NCBI GenBank assembly: GCA_009778485.1
Contig: WRJQ01000002.1
Coordinates: 62 to 64,061 of the forward strand
Reading direction: 5' to 3'
DNA: 64,000 bases
DNA from: Oscillospiraceae bacterium
Lineage (GTDB): Bacteria > Bacillota > Clostridia > Oscillospirales > Oscillospiraceae
Part shown: piece by piece, positions 1 to 8,035 of the stretch
Position numbering within the stretch: position 1 is the stretch's first letter
Layout: each line of letters opens with the position of its first letter
Made by a program: the position numbers and the translations under genes
Notes under the pieces: generated by a model
Database searches by the model: none
What the model was told of the DNA's origin: nothing
The model's input: the letters and a program-made list of their open reading frames with translations, nothing else

Positions 1-318
1 TACAATGCTTTAGTAGCGCAGGGCGACGACGTCGATTTTGGAAAACGCAGCGAACTGCTGACAACGATATCCGAGCCACCGTTTTACGCTCTTAAGTGGG
101 GACCGTCGCTGCTCGACGTCTTTGGAGGCGCGATGGTTGACGCGAACCTGAATGTTATCGGAAGCGACAGTAACCCGATACCCGGACTGTACGCAGTCGG
201 GAACGTTGCTGGAGGTATGTACGCAGTTGATTACCCGCTCTTACTGAACGGTAACAGCTATGGTCGTGCGCTTGCGTACTGTATGCAACTCGCTGATAGT
301 TTAACAGGTAGACTGTAG
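1..318 (+). CDS. FAD-binding flavoprotein reductase (fumarate reductase/KstD-like), C-terminal fragment; 5' end outside window
   Basis: Frame 1 is open from base 1 to TAG 316-318. The C-terminal motif GLYAVGNVAGGMY...NSYGRAL parallels the C-terminus of the 1934..3508 product (GLYAAGTMIGDMY...HNYGCCL). Confidence 0.6.
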   Translation, partial: YNALVAQGDDVDFGKRSELLTTISEPPFYALKWGPSLLDVFGGAMVDANLNVIGSDSNPIPGLYAVGNVAGGMYAVDYPLLLNGNSYGRALAYCMQLADSLTGRL

Positions 319-390
319 GTGCAAGTAAGCGAGTGCAATAATGGGATATGTATGTAGCTAAAGGTGGTTAACCTGAAAATATGAATTGAG

Positions 391-1818
391 GTGGAGAAAA
401 TGCAGAATCATTCAAAAGAAGCAATCAACACCGCCGACTCCAGTTGGTCTCCCGCTGTTGCTACCGGAGGAGTCGTCACCGAACCTGTAAAGAAACTGAA
501 CATATGCGACGAAGCGGACGTAATCGTAGTCGGAGGCGGCCCCGGAGGCATGGGAGCTGCGGTTTCCGCAGCAAGAAGCGGTGCGAAAACTATACTGGTC
601 GAGAGATATGGTTGCCTAGGGGGAATGGCCACCGGCGGGCTGGTGACTATCTTCCCAAACATGGCGGATAGCGATGGGAACATACTCATTAACGGGATAT
701 GCGAGGAGTCAATCCAGCGGCTTAGGGATCGCGACGCCTGCTTCCATCCACCGCGCGAAAAATGGGGATCGAAAGATCCTGAGGAAGTTAAGTACTTCAG
801 AAACGCTTCCTTTTTCTGCGATGGAGGCTATTATGTGAACTATGCTGCGCATGTTGATGCCGAAGAGCTAAAAATAGTTTATGACGAGATGGTCGAAGCG
901 GAAGGGATTAAAACATATCTTCACTCATGGGGCACATCTGCTATTGTGGATTCCACAGGAAAGAAAGTAGTCGGGGTAGTATTCGAGAGCAAGTCCGGCA
1001 GACAAGCAATTCTTGGCAAGGTTGTCATAGACTGCACCGGTGACGGCGACCTTCTGCCGAGCGCCGGCGCAGACTTTGATGCATTCATTCCAAAGGGAAT
1101 GAGGATATCCGCTGCTTCACATTGCTTTTGGATAGCTAACGTCGACTTGGCTAGGTTCGACGAATGGAGAAACTCCACAACAGGGGCTGAAGAATACGCC
1201 GCGCAGGCTAAGGAGCTTGTTGCGACAGGTGGCCATCCAAGCCAGATACTTAGCCACATTCATAATCAAGAGAGCCTGATGTGGTACCACCCGCGCCAGG
1301 ATTGCGACCAGTGCGACGTTGAGAACTTGACGAGCGTTGAGTTTGCCGGGCGAAAGAAGATGAAAGCAACGTTGGATTACAGGAGGGCAAATACACCCGG
1401 GTTTGAGAAAGCCTATCTAGTCCTATCCAGCCCGCAGCTAGGCACCAGAGGCAGCCGCAGGGTAATAGGCGAGTATATGCTTAACCAAGAGGACATCAGT
1501 GCCGGAAAGACCCATGACGACACAATCGCCCTGTTCCCATGGACTCCGTCTTTCCGTGAGTACAGGGGAGAGGCTCTGCATGTTCCGTATCGCTGTCTTG
1601 TACCCAAAGGCGTGGATGGGCTGCTCGTAGCCTGCCGTGCGACATCTATGGATTTGCACGTTTCTGAATACTATAATCTGATTCCGCACTGCATCGCGTT
1701 CGGACAAGCTGCGGGAACCGCTGCCGCGCAGGCTTCTGCGGGCAATATCGAGGTTCGCGATGTCGACATCAAGGCACTGCAAAGCAGCCTGAGGGAGCAA
1801 GACGTAATCCTGCCTTAA
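391..1818 (+). CDS. FAD-dependent oxidoreductase (GidA/FAD_oxidored-like dinucleotide fold)
   Basis: 475-aa ORF with Rossmann motif DVIVVGGGPGGMGAAVSAARSGAKTILVERYGCLGGMATGG. SD gaggtggag lies just upstream of the ATG. Confidence 0.7.
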   Translation: MEKMQNHSKEAINTADSSWSPAVATGGVVTEPVKKLNICDEADVIVVGGGPGGMGAAVSAARSGAKTILVERYGCLGGMATGGLVTIFPNMADSDGNILINGICEESIQRLRDRDACFHPPREKWGSKDPEEVKYFRNASFFCDGGYYVNYAAHVDAEELKIVYDEMVEAEGIKTYLHSWGTSAIVDSTGKKVVGVVFESKSGRQAILGKVVIDCTGDGDLLPSAGADFDAFIPKGMRISAASHCFWIANVDLARFDEWRNSTTGAEEYAAQAKELVATGGHPSQILSHIHNQESLMWYHPRQDCDQCDVENLTSVEFAGRKKMKATLDYRRANTPGFEKAYLVLSSPQLGTRGSRRVIGEYMLNQEDISAGKTHDDTIALFPWTPSFREYRGEALHVPYRCLVPKGVDGLLVACRATSMDLHVSEYYNLIPHCIAFGQAAGTAAAQASAGNIEVRDVDIKALQSSLREQDVILP

Positions 1819-1933
1819 GTTAGGCAAGTAGCATACGCCTGTATTAGCGTCAACCAAACGTTAATACAGGCGTAACTACATACAGCTTAGGCGACTGACT
1901 GGCTGCTGTAATTAGTCGAGGGTGGAAGGGAAG

Positions 1934-3508
1934 ATGATCCGTATGTCTGAAGAATTATTACTAAACGCGGACATTGCCGCGAAAAAATGGAGTTTTGAAA
2001 TCCCTCCCGCGCCGATCGACGATAGCGAGATTGCGGAAACGGTCACAAGCGACGTCGTTGTAGTAGGCGAGGGGATGTCGGGGCTGTGCACAGCTCTGTC
2101 AGCGACAGAGGAAGGGCTGAAAACAACTATTGTGACAGCCAGCAGTAAACCGGTCGGCAGGGGCGGCTCAGTTTTCGCCACATACAGTAAAGTCATGGAA
2201 CGGCTCGGTTACCCCAGGTTTGACGCGACTGATTTCTATCTGCAAGAGTTCGCGTCGTCGTCATACAACGTAGATCAAAGGAAATGGTACAGCTTCCATA
2301 ACAATAGCGAGACAGCTATGAACTGGCTAATCGATATGCTCGAAGCCGATGGCGTGAAGGTAGTGCTCGAAAATGGAAACGTCGACGACCCCCAGAGCCC
2401 AACGTATCAGCCAATCGGGACGCACGCTTTCATGGGCGAGAACGTAAGCTTTGCGGGCATAGGCATCACTTTCGCGCTCAAAGCGCTGGAGAAAAACTTT
2501 CTGGCGAAAGGCGGGACTGTCGCCTATCGCAATATCGCAAAGCAACTGGTCAAGTCCGGAGAGCGGGTCACAGCCGTTATAGCAGAAGACAGCGAAGGCA
2601 GGTTGATTAAGTACGAAGCTACAAAAGCTGTTGTTCTTGCTACCGGCGATTTTTCAGCTAATCGAGACATGATGGCGAAATACTGCCCGTCATACGCGAA
2701 GTACTTCATAAACGACGATGTTGATTATGACGCCGCGTTTGTGGAAAAGGGGCTGTACAAAGGCGATGGGCATAGGATGGCTCTGTGGGCCGGCGCCGCG
2801 TGGCAGAGGACGTTCCCGAACGCCCCGCTCATACAAGGGAGCCGCACCTGCTCTAACATGCCATACGGAGCCCACAGAGGGATCCGCATCAATAAAAATG
2901 GCGAGAGGTTCATGAACGAAGATTCGAACGCACCGTACACCGCCCAGGCGGTGCTGCGAGAACCGGATCAGACAGCGTATGCAATCTGGGGCACGAACTA
3001 CGCTTATGACATCGGCTGGCAGGCGCATGGCAGCACGAGGGGGAGCGACGACACTCCTCCGGAAAAAGTTATCGAGCGCTGGGAAGCGGGAGTGGGAAAC
3101 GGCAACATTGTCAAGGGCGGCACGATCGAAGAAGTCGTTGCAGGCTTGGGGTTGCCGCATGAGACAACGCTCGCGACAATAAAAAGATACAACGAGCTGT
3201 GCAGAGCCGGCGTGGACACGGACTTTTGCAAGAAGCCGAAATACCTGCAAGAAATACGTCAAGCGCCGTTCTACGGCGGGAAAATCGACGAGTACCGGTT
3301 CTTCTCCGTTTTCGGAGGACCCAGGACGAATCACAATATGCAGATCTGCGACGAGAACGACGTGCCGCTCGGCGGATTGTACGCAGCAGGAACTATGATC
3401 GGCGATATGTACGCAAACTGCTACAACTTCCGCATCGCGGGGCATAACTACGGCTGCTGCCTCACGTTCGGGTACCTGACAGGCAAGTTCATTGCGAAGA
3501 ACGAGTAG
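1934..3508 (+). CDS. FAD-binding flavoprotein reductase (fumarate reductase/KstD-like family)
   Basis: N-terminal DVVVVGEGMSGLCTALSATEEGLK dinucleotide motif and C-terminal GLYAAGTMIGDMY motif. ATG 1934 follows ggaaggg; the ORF-track start at 1922 is a GTG extension. Confidence 0.7.
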   Translation: MIRMSEELLLNADIAAKKWSFEIPPAPIDDSEIAETVTSDVVVVGEGMSGLCTALSATEEGLKTTIVTASSKPVGRGGSVFATYSKVMERLGYPRFDATDFYLQEFASSSYNVDQRKWYSFHNNSETAMNWLIDMLEADGVKVVLENGNVDDPQSPTYQPIGTHAFMGENVSFAGIGITFALKALEKNFLAKGGTVAYRNIAKQLVKSGERVTAVIAEDSEGRLIKYEATKAVVLATGDFSANRDMMAKYCPSYAKYFINDDVDYDAAFVEKGLYKGDGHRMALWAGAAWQRTFPNAPLIQGSRTCSNMPYGAHRGIRINKNGERFMNEDSNAPYTAQAVLREPDQTAYAIWGTNYAYDIGWQAHGSTRGSDDTPPEKVIERWEAGVGNGNIVKGGTIEEVVAGLGLPHETTLATIKRYNELCRAGVDTDFCKKPKYLQEIRQAPFYGGKIDEYRFFSVFGGPRTNHNMQICDENDVPLGGLYAAGTMIGDMYANCYNFRIAGHNYGCCLTFGYLTGKFIAKNE

Positions 3509-3611
3509 CGGCTTGAGATAACCTCAAGCCGCGCTGCAGCATAGCGAATGGAGATAACATGAAGAGAAAGTTTCCGAATTTATTTATGTCAGAAAGTGGA
3601 ACGACAGCATT

Positions 3612-4160
3612 ATGAGCTGTGCTGATTTGGAGGGCAACGATTTGGAATTGTGGGATATCTACAATCGGGATCGTATAAAGACCGGTGATATTATGGTACG
3701 CGGAGATCCATTTCCAGAAGGGGCTTACCATCTGGTAATCCATGTCTGCATTTTCAACTCAAATGGGGAAATGCTAATCCAACAACGACAGCCTTTCAAG
3801 GAAGGCTGGTCGAACTTGTGGGATATTACGGTTGGCGGCAGCGCTACGGCTGGCGACAGTAGCCAATCGGCGGCGGAGAGAGAGCTGCTTGAGGAACTTG
3901 GCTATGTAATTGATCTAAGTGAAGCTCGCCCGCATCTCACTGTAAACTATGAGTATGGATTTGATGACTACTACCTCATCGAAGCAGAGGTTGATATAGA
4001 TAGTTTGCAGTTACAATATGAAGAAGTCCAAAGGGTCAAATGGGCGACTAAGGACGAGATATTTCAAATGCTCGATAGCGGCGAGTTCATCCCATACTAT
4101 GAAGACCTTATTGGGTTGCTATTTGAGACGCGTCGAAAACTTGGCGCTCACTCCCGATAA
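3612..4160 (+). CDS. NUDIX hydrolase
   Basis: Nudix box GGSATAGDSSQSAAERELLEELG (GX5EX7REUXEEXGU). The start is ambiguous: ATG 3612 has a weak SD, while in-frame TTG 3642 lies 7 nt after GGAGGG (3629-3634). Confidence 0.75.
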   Translation: MSCADLEGNDLELWDIYNRDRIKTGDIMVRGDPFPEGAYHLVIHVCIFNSNGEMLIQQRQPFKEGWSNLWDITVGGSATAGDSSQSAAERELLEELGYVIDLSEARPHLTVNYEYGFDDYYLIEAEVDIDSLQLQYEEVQRVKWATKDEIFQMLDSGEFIPYYEDLIGLLFETRRKLGAHSR

Positions 4161-4172
4161 CGCACTTATTAG

Positions 4173-4214
4173 TGACAAAGGTGACGCAACAAATGACAAA
4201 GGTGACGCAACAAA
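4173..4214 (+). repeat. Perfect 21-bp direct repeat x2 (TGACAAAGGTGACGCAACAAA)
   Basis: Identical units at 4173-4193 and 4194-4214. TGAC(A/G) half-sites recur at 4173, 4182, 4194 and 4203, and again in the -35 at 4219. Confidence 0.9.
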
Positions 4215-4217
4215 GGC

Positions 4218-4245
4218 TTGACGAAATATAAAGTTATGATAAAAT
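4218..4245 (+). promoter_or_regulatory. Sigma-70-like promoter of the first AAA+ gene
   Basis: TTGACG (4218-4223), 16-nt spacer, TGaTAAAAT extended -10 (TAAAAT 4240-4245), about 40 nt upstream of ATG 4285. Confidence 0.55.
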
Positions 4246-4284
4246 AAGATGCACTTTATATTATCCTACAAATGAGGTTGGGCC

Positions 4285-5511
4285 ATGGATTACATTCACA
4301 GAACCTTGGAGCGAAAGTTCACTCATATGAGTTCATTCTTCAAAGCTGTCTTGGTAACCGGAGCGCGGCAAGTCGGGAAGACTACCATGCTCCGGCATTT
4401 AGCTGAGGGGGAGAAACGAACCTACGTCACTTTAGATAATCTCAATGCACGCGACCTCGCGAAGACGGATCCGACCTTGTTCTTTCAAACATACAAGCCT
4501 CCCATCATCATCGACGAGGTGCAGTATGCTCCCGAACTGTTTGTTCAAATCAAGGTTCAATGTGATCAGAGCGAAGATAAAGGGCTATTCTGGCTTACCG
4601 GGTCGCAGAGGTTTGATATGATGAAGAACGTCCGGGAAACTCTTGCGGGTCGTATCGGCATTCTTGAACTGCATAGCTTCTCCAAGAACGAGAAAGACAA
4701 CATTAGTTTTGCAAATGAGCTTGACTTCTCATTGTCATGCTTGCAAGAACGACAGGAACAGGTTCCGAAGAATGATATAATTGATGTCTTTGACCATATA
4801 TGGCGCGGAGGTATGCCGCAGGCTCTATATGCTGATCAGGAACAACGCCAGGAGTACTATGATTCGTATGTGGACACCTACCTCATGCGGGACGCTACAA
4901 CCCTTGGCGGAGTAACAGATACTCTGCGTTTCGGGAGGTTTCTAAAGGCATGTGCAGCACTCATTTCTGAGCAGACTAATTTCAAAACGCTTGCGGACTC
5001 AGCTGAAGTCTCTCAGCCCACCGCTAAGGAATGGCTTAGGCTACTAAAGGGGCTTGGCATTATATATCTACTACAACCTTATTCTAACAACGAACTAAAA
5101 CGACTAACCAAGGCCCCGAAGCTATACTTTTACGACACCGGTCTGGCAGCTCACCTCTCAATGTGGCCGACACGCGAAACGCTGATGAACGGAGCAGCGA
5201 GCGGACACTACTTTGAGAACCATGTCGTGTCTGAACTGATAAAGCATTATGATTATGCTCCGAGCAAAGCGAACCTTTCGTATTATCGGGATTCGAACGC
5301 GAAGGAGATTGACATTTTAGTCGAACAGGGCAACCTGATCCATCCACTGGAAATCAAGAAGTCTGCGAAACCTGACCGACGAGAGGTTAAGAAGTTCGAC
5401 CTGTTAGGCAAGGCGCCATCGGAGCGCGGTTGCGGAGGAATCGTCTGCCTGTGCGAAGAAGTAATGCCGATTGATGAGTATAACTCATTCATCCCGTGTA
5501 ATCTGATTTGA
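4285..5511 (+). CDS. AAA+ ATPase with C-terminal PD-(D/E)xK-like domain (COG1373 / AAA_14+DUF4143 type)
   Basis: Walker A GARQVGKTT and Walker B IIIDEVQ. C-terminal EIDILVE...PLEIKKS resembles a D..E.K nuclease motif. Confidence 0.75.
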   Translation: MDYIHRTLERKFTHMSSFFKAVLVTGARQVGKTTMLRHLAEGEKRTYVTLDNLNARDLAKTDPTLFFQTYKPPIIIDEVQYAPELFVQIKVQCDQSEDKGLFWLTGSQRFDMMKNVRETLAGRIGILELHSFSKNEKDNISFANELDFSLSCLQERQEQVPKNDIIDVFDHIWRGGMPQALYADQEQRQEYYDSYVDTYLMRDATTLGGVTDTLRFGRFLKACAALISEQTNFKTLADSAEVSQPTAKEWLRLLKGLGIIYLLQPYSNNELKRLTKAPKLYFYDTGLAAHLSMWPTRETLMNGAASGHYFENHVVSELIKHYDYAPSKANLSYYRDSNAKEIDILVEQGNLIHPLEIKKSAKPDRREVKKFDLLGKAPSERGCGGIVCLCEEVMPIDEYNSFIPCNLI

Positions 5512-5681
5512 CGGCATAAGTTGCGTCGCATTTTTCTCCGGGCTTCTATACAGGCGATTGCTATGTACTCGCCAGCGCTCCAAGGGGAATGACGCGCTGG
5601 TTGAAATATGATTCGCTCCTTCGGTTAAACTATAATAATGCAGTAGTTTTGCGCAAATTATGGTGCAATATTCGCAAATTG

Positions 5682-5710
5682 TTGACAATATTGCGATTCT
5701 CGGCTAAAAT
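5682..5710 (+). promoter_or_regulatory. Sigma-70-like promoter of the second AAA+ gene
   Basis: TTGACA (5682-5687), 17 nt, TAAAAT (5705-5710). It is flanked by repeated TTCGCAAAT/ATATTGCGA motifs. Confidence 0.6.
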
Positions 5711-5738
5711 AGCAACAACAACAACCGGAGGCAAAGCA

Positions 5739-7097
5739 ATGGAACGTATGCTGATGCAGGATCTAGTCAAATGGAAAGAAAATCCGGACAAGAAGCCGCT
5801 TGTAATTCAGGGGGTTAGGCAGTGCGGAAAGACATACTTAATTAACGATTTCGCCGGTCGGTATTACGACGATGTTGTCTACTGCCGTTTTGACAAGGAC
5901 GCCAAAGCCAAGGTGTTCTTTGAGCAGGATCTTGACCCGGTAAGAATAATGAAGGATATGGGGCTTGCCCGCGGAAAGAAGATTGAACCTCATGAGACCT
6001 TGATAATACTTGACGAGATACAGGAATGCGGGAACGCGGTAGCATCGCTAAAGTATTTTTTTGAGGACACCCCTGAGTACCATATCGTTTCAGCTGGTTC
6101 TTTGCTGGGTGTAGCAATGAAAAAGGGAACGTCGTTCCCGGTTGGAAAAGTGGAGTTCTTGACCCTCTACCCAATGAGTTTCTATGAGTTCTTATATGCT
6201 CAAAATGAGATGCTCGCAGAGGAACTGAGCAAGAGTTCATTTGAAGATAGCGCCTGGAAATCGTTTAGAAATGAACTAATGGAAAAATACAGAGATTATC
6301 ATGCTGTTGGAGGAATGCCCGAAGCAGTACAGGCTTGGATAGATACTAACAGCATAGAAGAAGTCGAAAAAAAGCAGGATGAGATACTGATTGGCTATCA
6401 GAAGGACTTTGTGAAATACGCCGACACAAAAGACTACCCGAAGATCTCCGCAGTATGGCAATCTATTCCAAGCCAACTGGCTAGAGAGAACCGCAAGTTT
6501 ATTTTCAGCCATGTGAAGAAAGGCTGGAGGGCAAAGGATTTAGAGGATGCGCTAATGTGGCTTGTCGGCGCGGGCCTGGTATATAAAGTTGAATCCATAG
6601 AAAAGCCTGGATACCCCATTTCGGCCTATGCAGACCACACATATTTCAAACTGTATATGTCTGATATTGGCTTGTTGAGGCGGCACGCTGACTTGCCATC
6701 TTCAATACTCTTTGATGACTCCCCTGCTTATAGCGAATTCAAAGGCGCGATGGCGGAGAACTTCGTTGCTTGCGAGCTAAAGCGTATTTACGGTAAGCAT
6801 AAGGAAAAAGATTTGTACTATTGGACGGCGGAGGGCACCGCGAAAGCGGAAGTGGACTTCGTTGTCCAGGATGATAGCAAGCACATAATTCCTATTGAGG
6901 TGAAGTCCGGATCTGCAAAGCGCGCGCGTTCGATAACAGAGTATTGCAAGAGATACAATCCCGAGAAGTCTGTCCTTACATCGCTTGACGAGATGACCGG
7001 CAGGATAATTCCACTATATGCGTTTTGGAGGTTCAGGGACTGGATAACAAGAGACGACGTAAATCCCGGGCGAGTTGCTGATGTCACAACGACGTGA
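5739..7097 (+). CDS. AAA+ ATPase with C-terminal PD-(D/E)xK-like domain (COG1373 type), paralogue of 4285..5511
   Basis: Walker A GVRQCGKTY and Walker B LIILDEIQ. C-terminal EVDFVV...PIEVKSG. ATG 5739 lies 8 nt after GGAG and after the promoter; the track start 5589 is upstream of that promoter. Confidence 0.75.
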   Translation: MERMLMQDLVKWKENPDKKPLVIQGVRQCGKTYLINDFAGRYYDDVVYCRFDKDAKAKVFFEQDLDPVRIMKDMGLARGKKIEPHETLIILDEIQECGNAVASLKYFFEDTPEYHIVSAGSLLGVAMKKGTSFPVGKVEFLTLYPMSFYEFLYAQNEMLAEELSKSSFEDSAWKSFRNELMEKYRDYHAVGGMPEAVQAWIDTNSIEEVEKKQDEILIGYQKDFVKYADTKDYPKISAVWQSIPSQLARENRKFIFSHVKKGWRAKDLEDALMWLVGAGLVYKVESIEKPGYPISAYADHTYFKLYMSDIGLLRRHADLPSSILFDDSPAYSEFKGAMAENFVACELKRIYGKHKEKDLYYWTAEGTAKAEVDFVVQDDSKHIIPIEVKSGSAKRARSITEYCKRYNPEKSVLTSLDEMTGRIIPLYAFWRFRDWITRDDVNPGRVADVTTT

Positions 7098-7117
7098 AGA
7101 TAGAGGTTTCAAAGTGA

Positions 7118-8035
7118 ATGGGCGCACATCCATCGAAAACAAGTAGCTTCGCCGCGAGCATAGCGGCTGCCGTGACCGGGGTATCATTTGGCCTGGGTGG
7201 AACCCTCAACCAGATAGTAATTGGTTGGGGGTTCGACATTCGCCATGTTATAATCTCCCAGTTCGTAATAGCGTCAGCCATCCTGGGCGCGGTAATGCTG
7301 ATCCGGCGAGAAAAACGCCCCCCTGCGAGAGAACTGCTCCTGCTGCTGATACTGGGCTTGATGAACTCCTTGTCGACTATAGCCTTGCTGTACGGGATTA
7401 ACCTCTTAACTGTAGGGCAGGCTGTAACGATCCAGTTCCAGTTCGTGTGGATGGCGGTCGTCATTCAGTCCGTCATTGAGCGGAAGCTCCCCGGCAGGCT
7501 GGTCGTCGCTTCGGTAGCGTTCGTGATAGCCGGCGCTTTTCTCGGGAGCGGGTTTGTCGGCGAGATAGTTGGAAACGGCGGAGGGCTAGAGCTAAATCTG
7601 CCCGGCGTTCTGCTATCGCTAACCTGCGCACTGCTGTACGCTGCTTTCCTGAACTTCAACGGTAAGGTCGCGAAACAGACCCCTCCTGTTACGCGGGCAT
7701 TCTACATTGGCGTACCAGGCGTAGTTGCAGCGTCGTTGCTGGCGCCGGGCTTCTATGCAGGAGATTGCGATGTCATCGCTATCGCTCCGGGAGGTCTTAT
7801 TATGGCGCTTGTTTTCAGTATTATCCCCCTAATATGCCTTGCAGTGGCCGCAAAGCGCTTAAAGGGTGGAACAGTCGCCATTTTGACTGCCCTTGAACTC
7901 CCTGCCGCCGTACTCTCGGGGCACTTGCTTCTGGGTGAGACGGTAACTGCGCTGTCGCTGATAGGCGTTGCCCTGCTTTGCATTGGCGTCGTATTCCCGG
8001 AACTCCAAGGCATCATAGCTCGGCGGCGATGCTGA
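7118..8035 (+). CDS. Integral membrane protein, EamA/DMT-like transporter
   Basis: 305 aa, about 10 hydrophobic segments in two similar halves. No soluble domain. Confidence 0.5.
   Translation: MGAHPSKTSSFAASIAAAVTGVSFGLGGTLNQIVIGWGFDIRHVIISQFVIASAILGAVMLIRREKRPPARELLLLLILGLMNSLSTIALLYGINLLTVGQAVTIQFQFVWMAVVIQSVIERKLPGRLVVASVAFVIAGAFLGSGFVGEIVGNGGGLELNLPGVLLSLTCALLYAAFLNFNGKVAKQTPPVTRAFYIGVPGVVAASLLAPGFYAGDCDVIAIAPGGLIMALVFSIIPLICLAVAAKRLKGGTVAILTALELPAAVLSGHLLLGETVTALSLIGVALLCIGVVFPELQGIIARRRC

Noticed and set aside
3559-3612. 17-codon uORF (MKRKFPNLFMSESGTTAL) with a GGAG SD overlapping the NUDIX ATG.
   Set aside because: It is too short to evaluate and has no conservation information. 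It is more simply explained by the NUDIX gene starting at TTG 3642 behind GGAGGG.
5589-5738. Upstream extensions of ORF-track starts at 5589, 17187, 21002, 30914, 43276, 43679 and 61618.
   Set aside because: Each extension runs through a predicted promoter or the preceding gene. Each is followed by an internal ATG/GTG with a proper SD that restores the family-typical N-terminus.
8013-8035. 23-bp convergent overlap of the EamA-like gene and the ene-reductase gene.
   Set aside because: Short convergent 3' overlaps are common in compact genomes. No additional structure or repeat is present, and the EamA stop could be correct as read.
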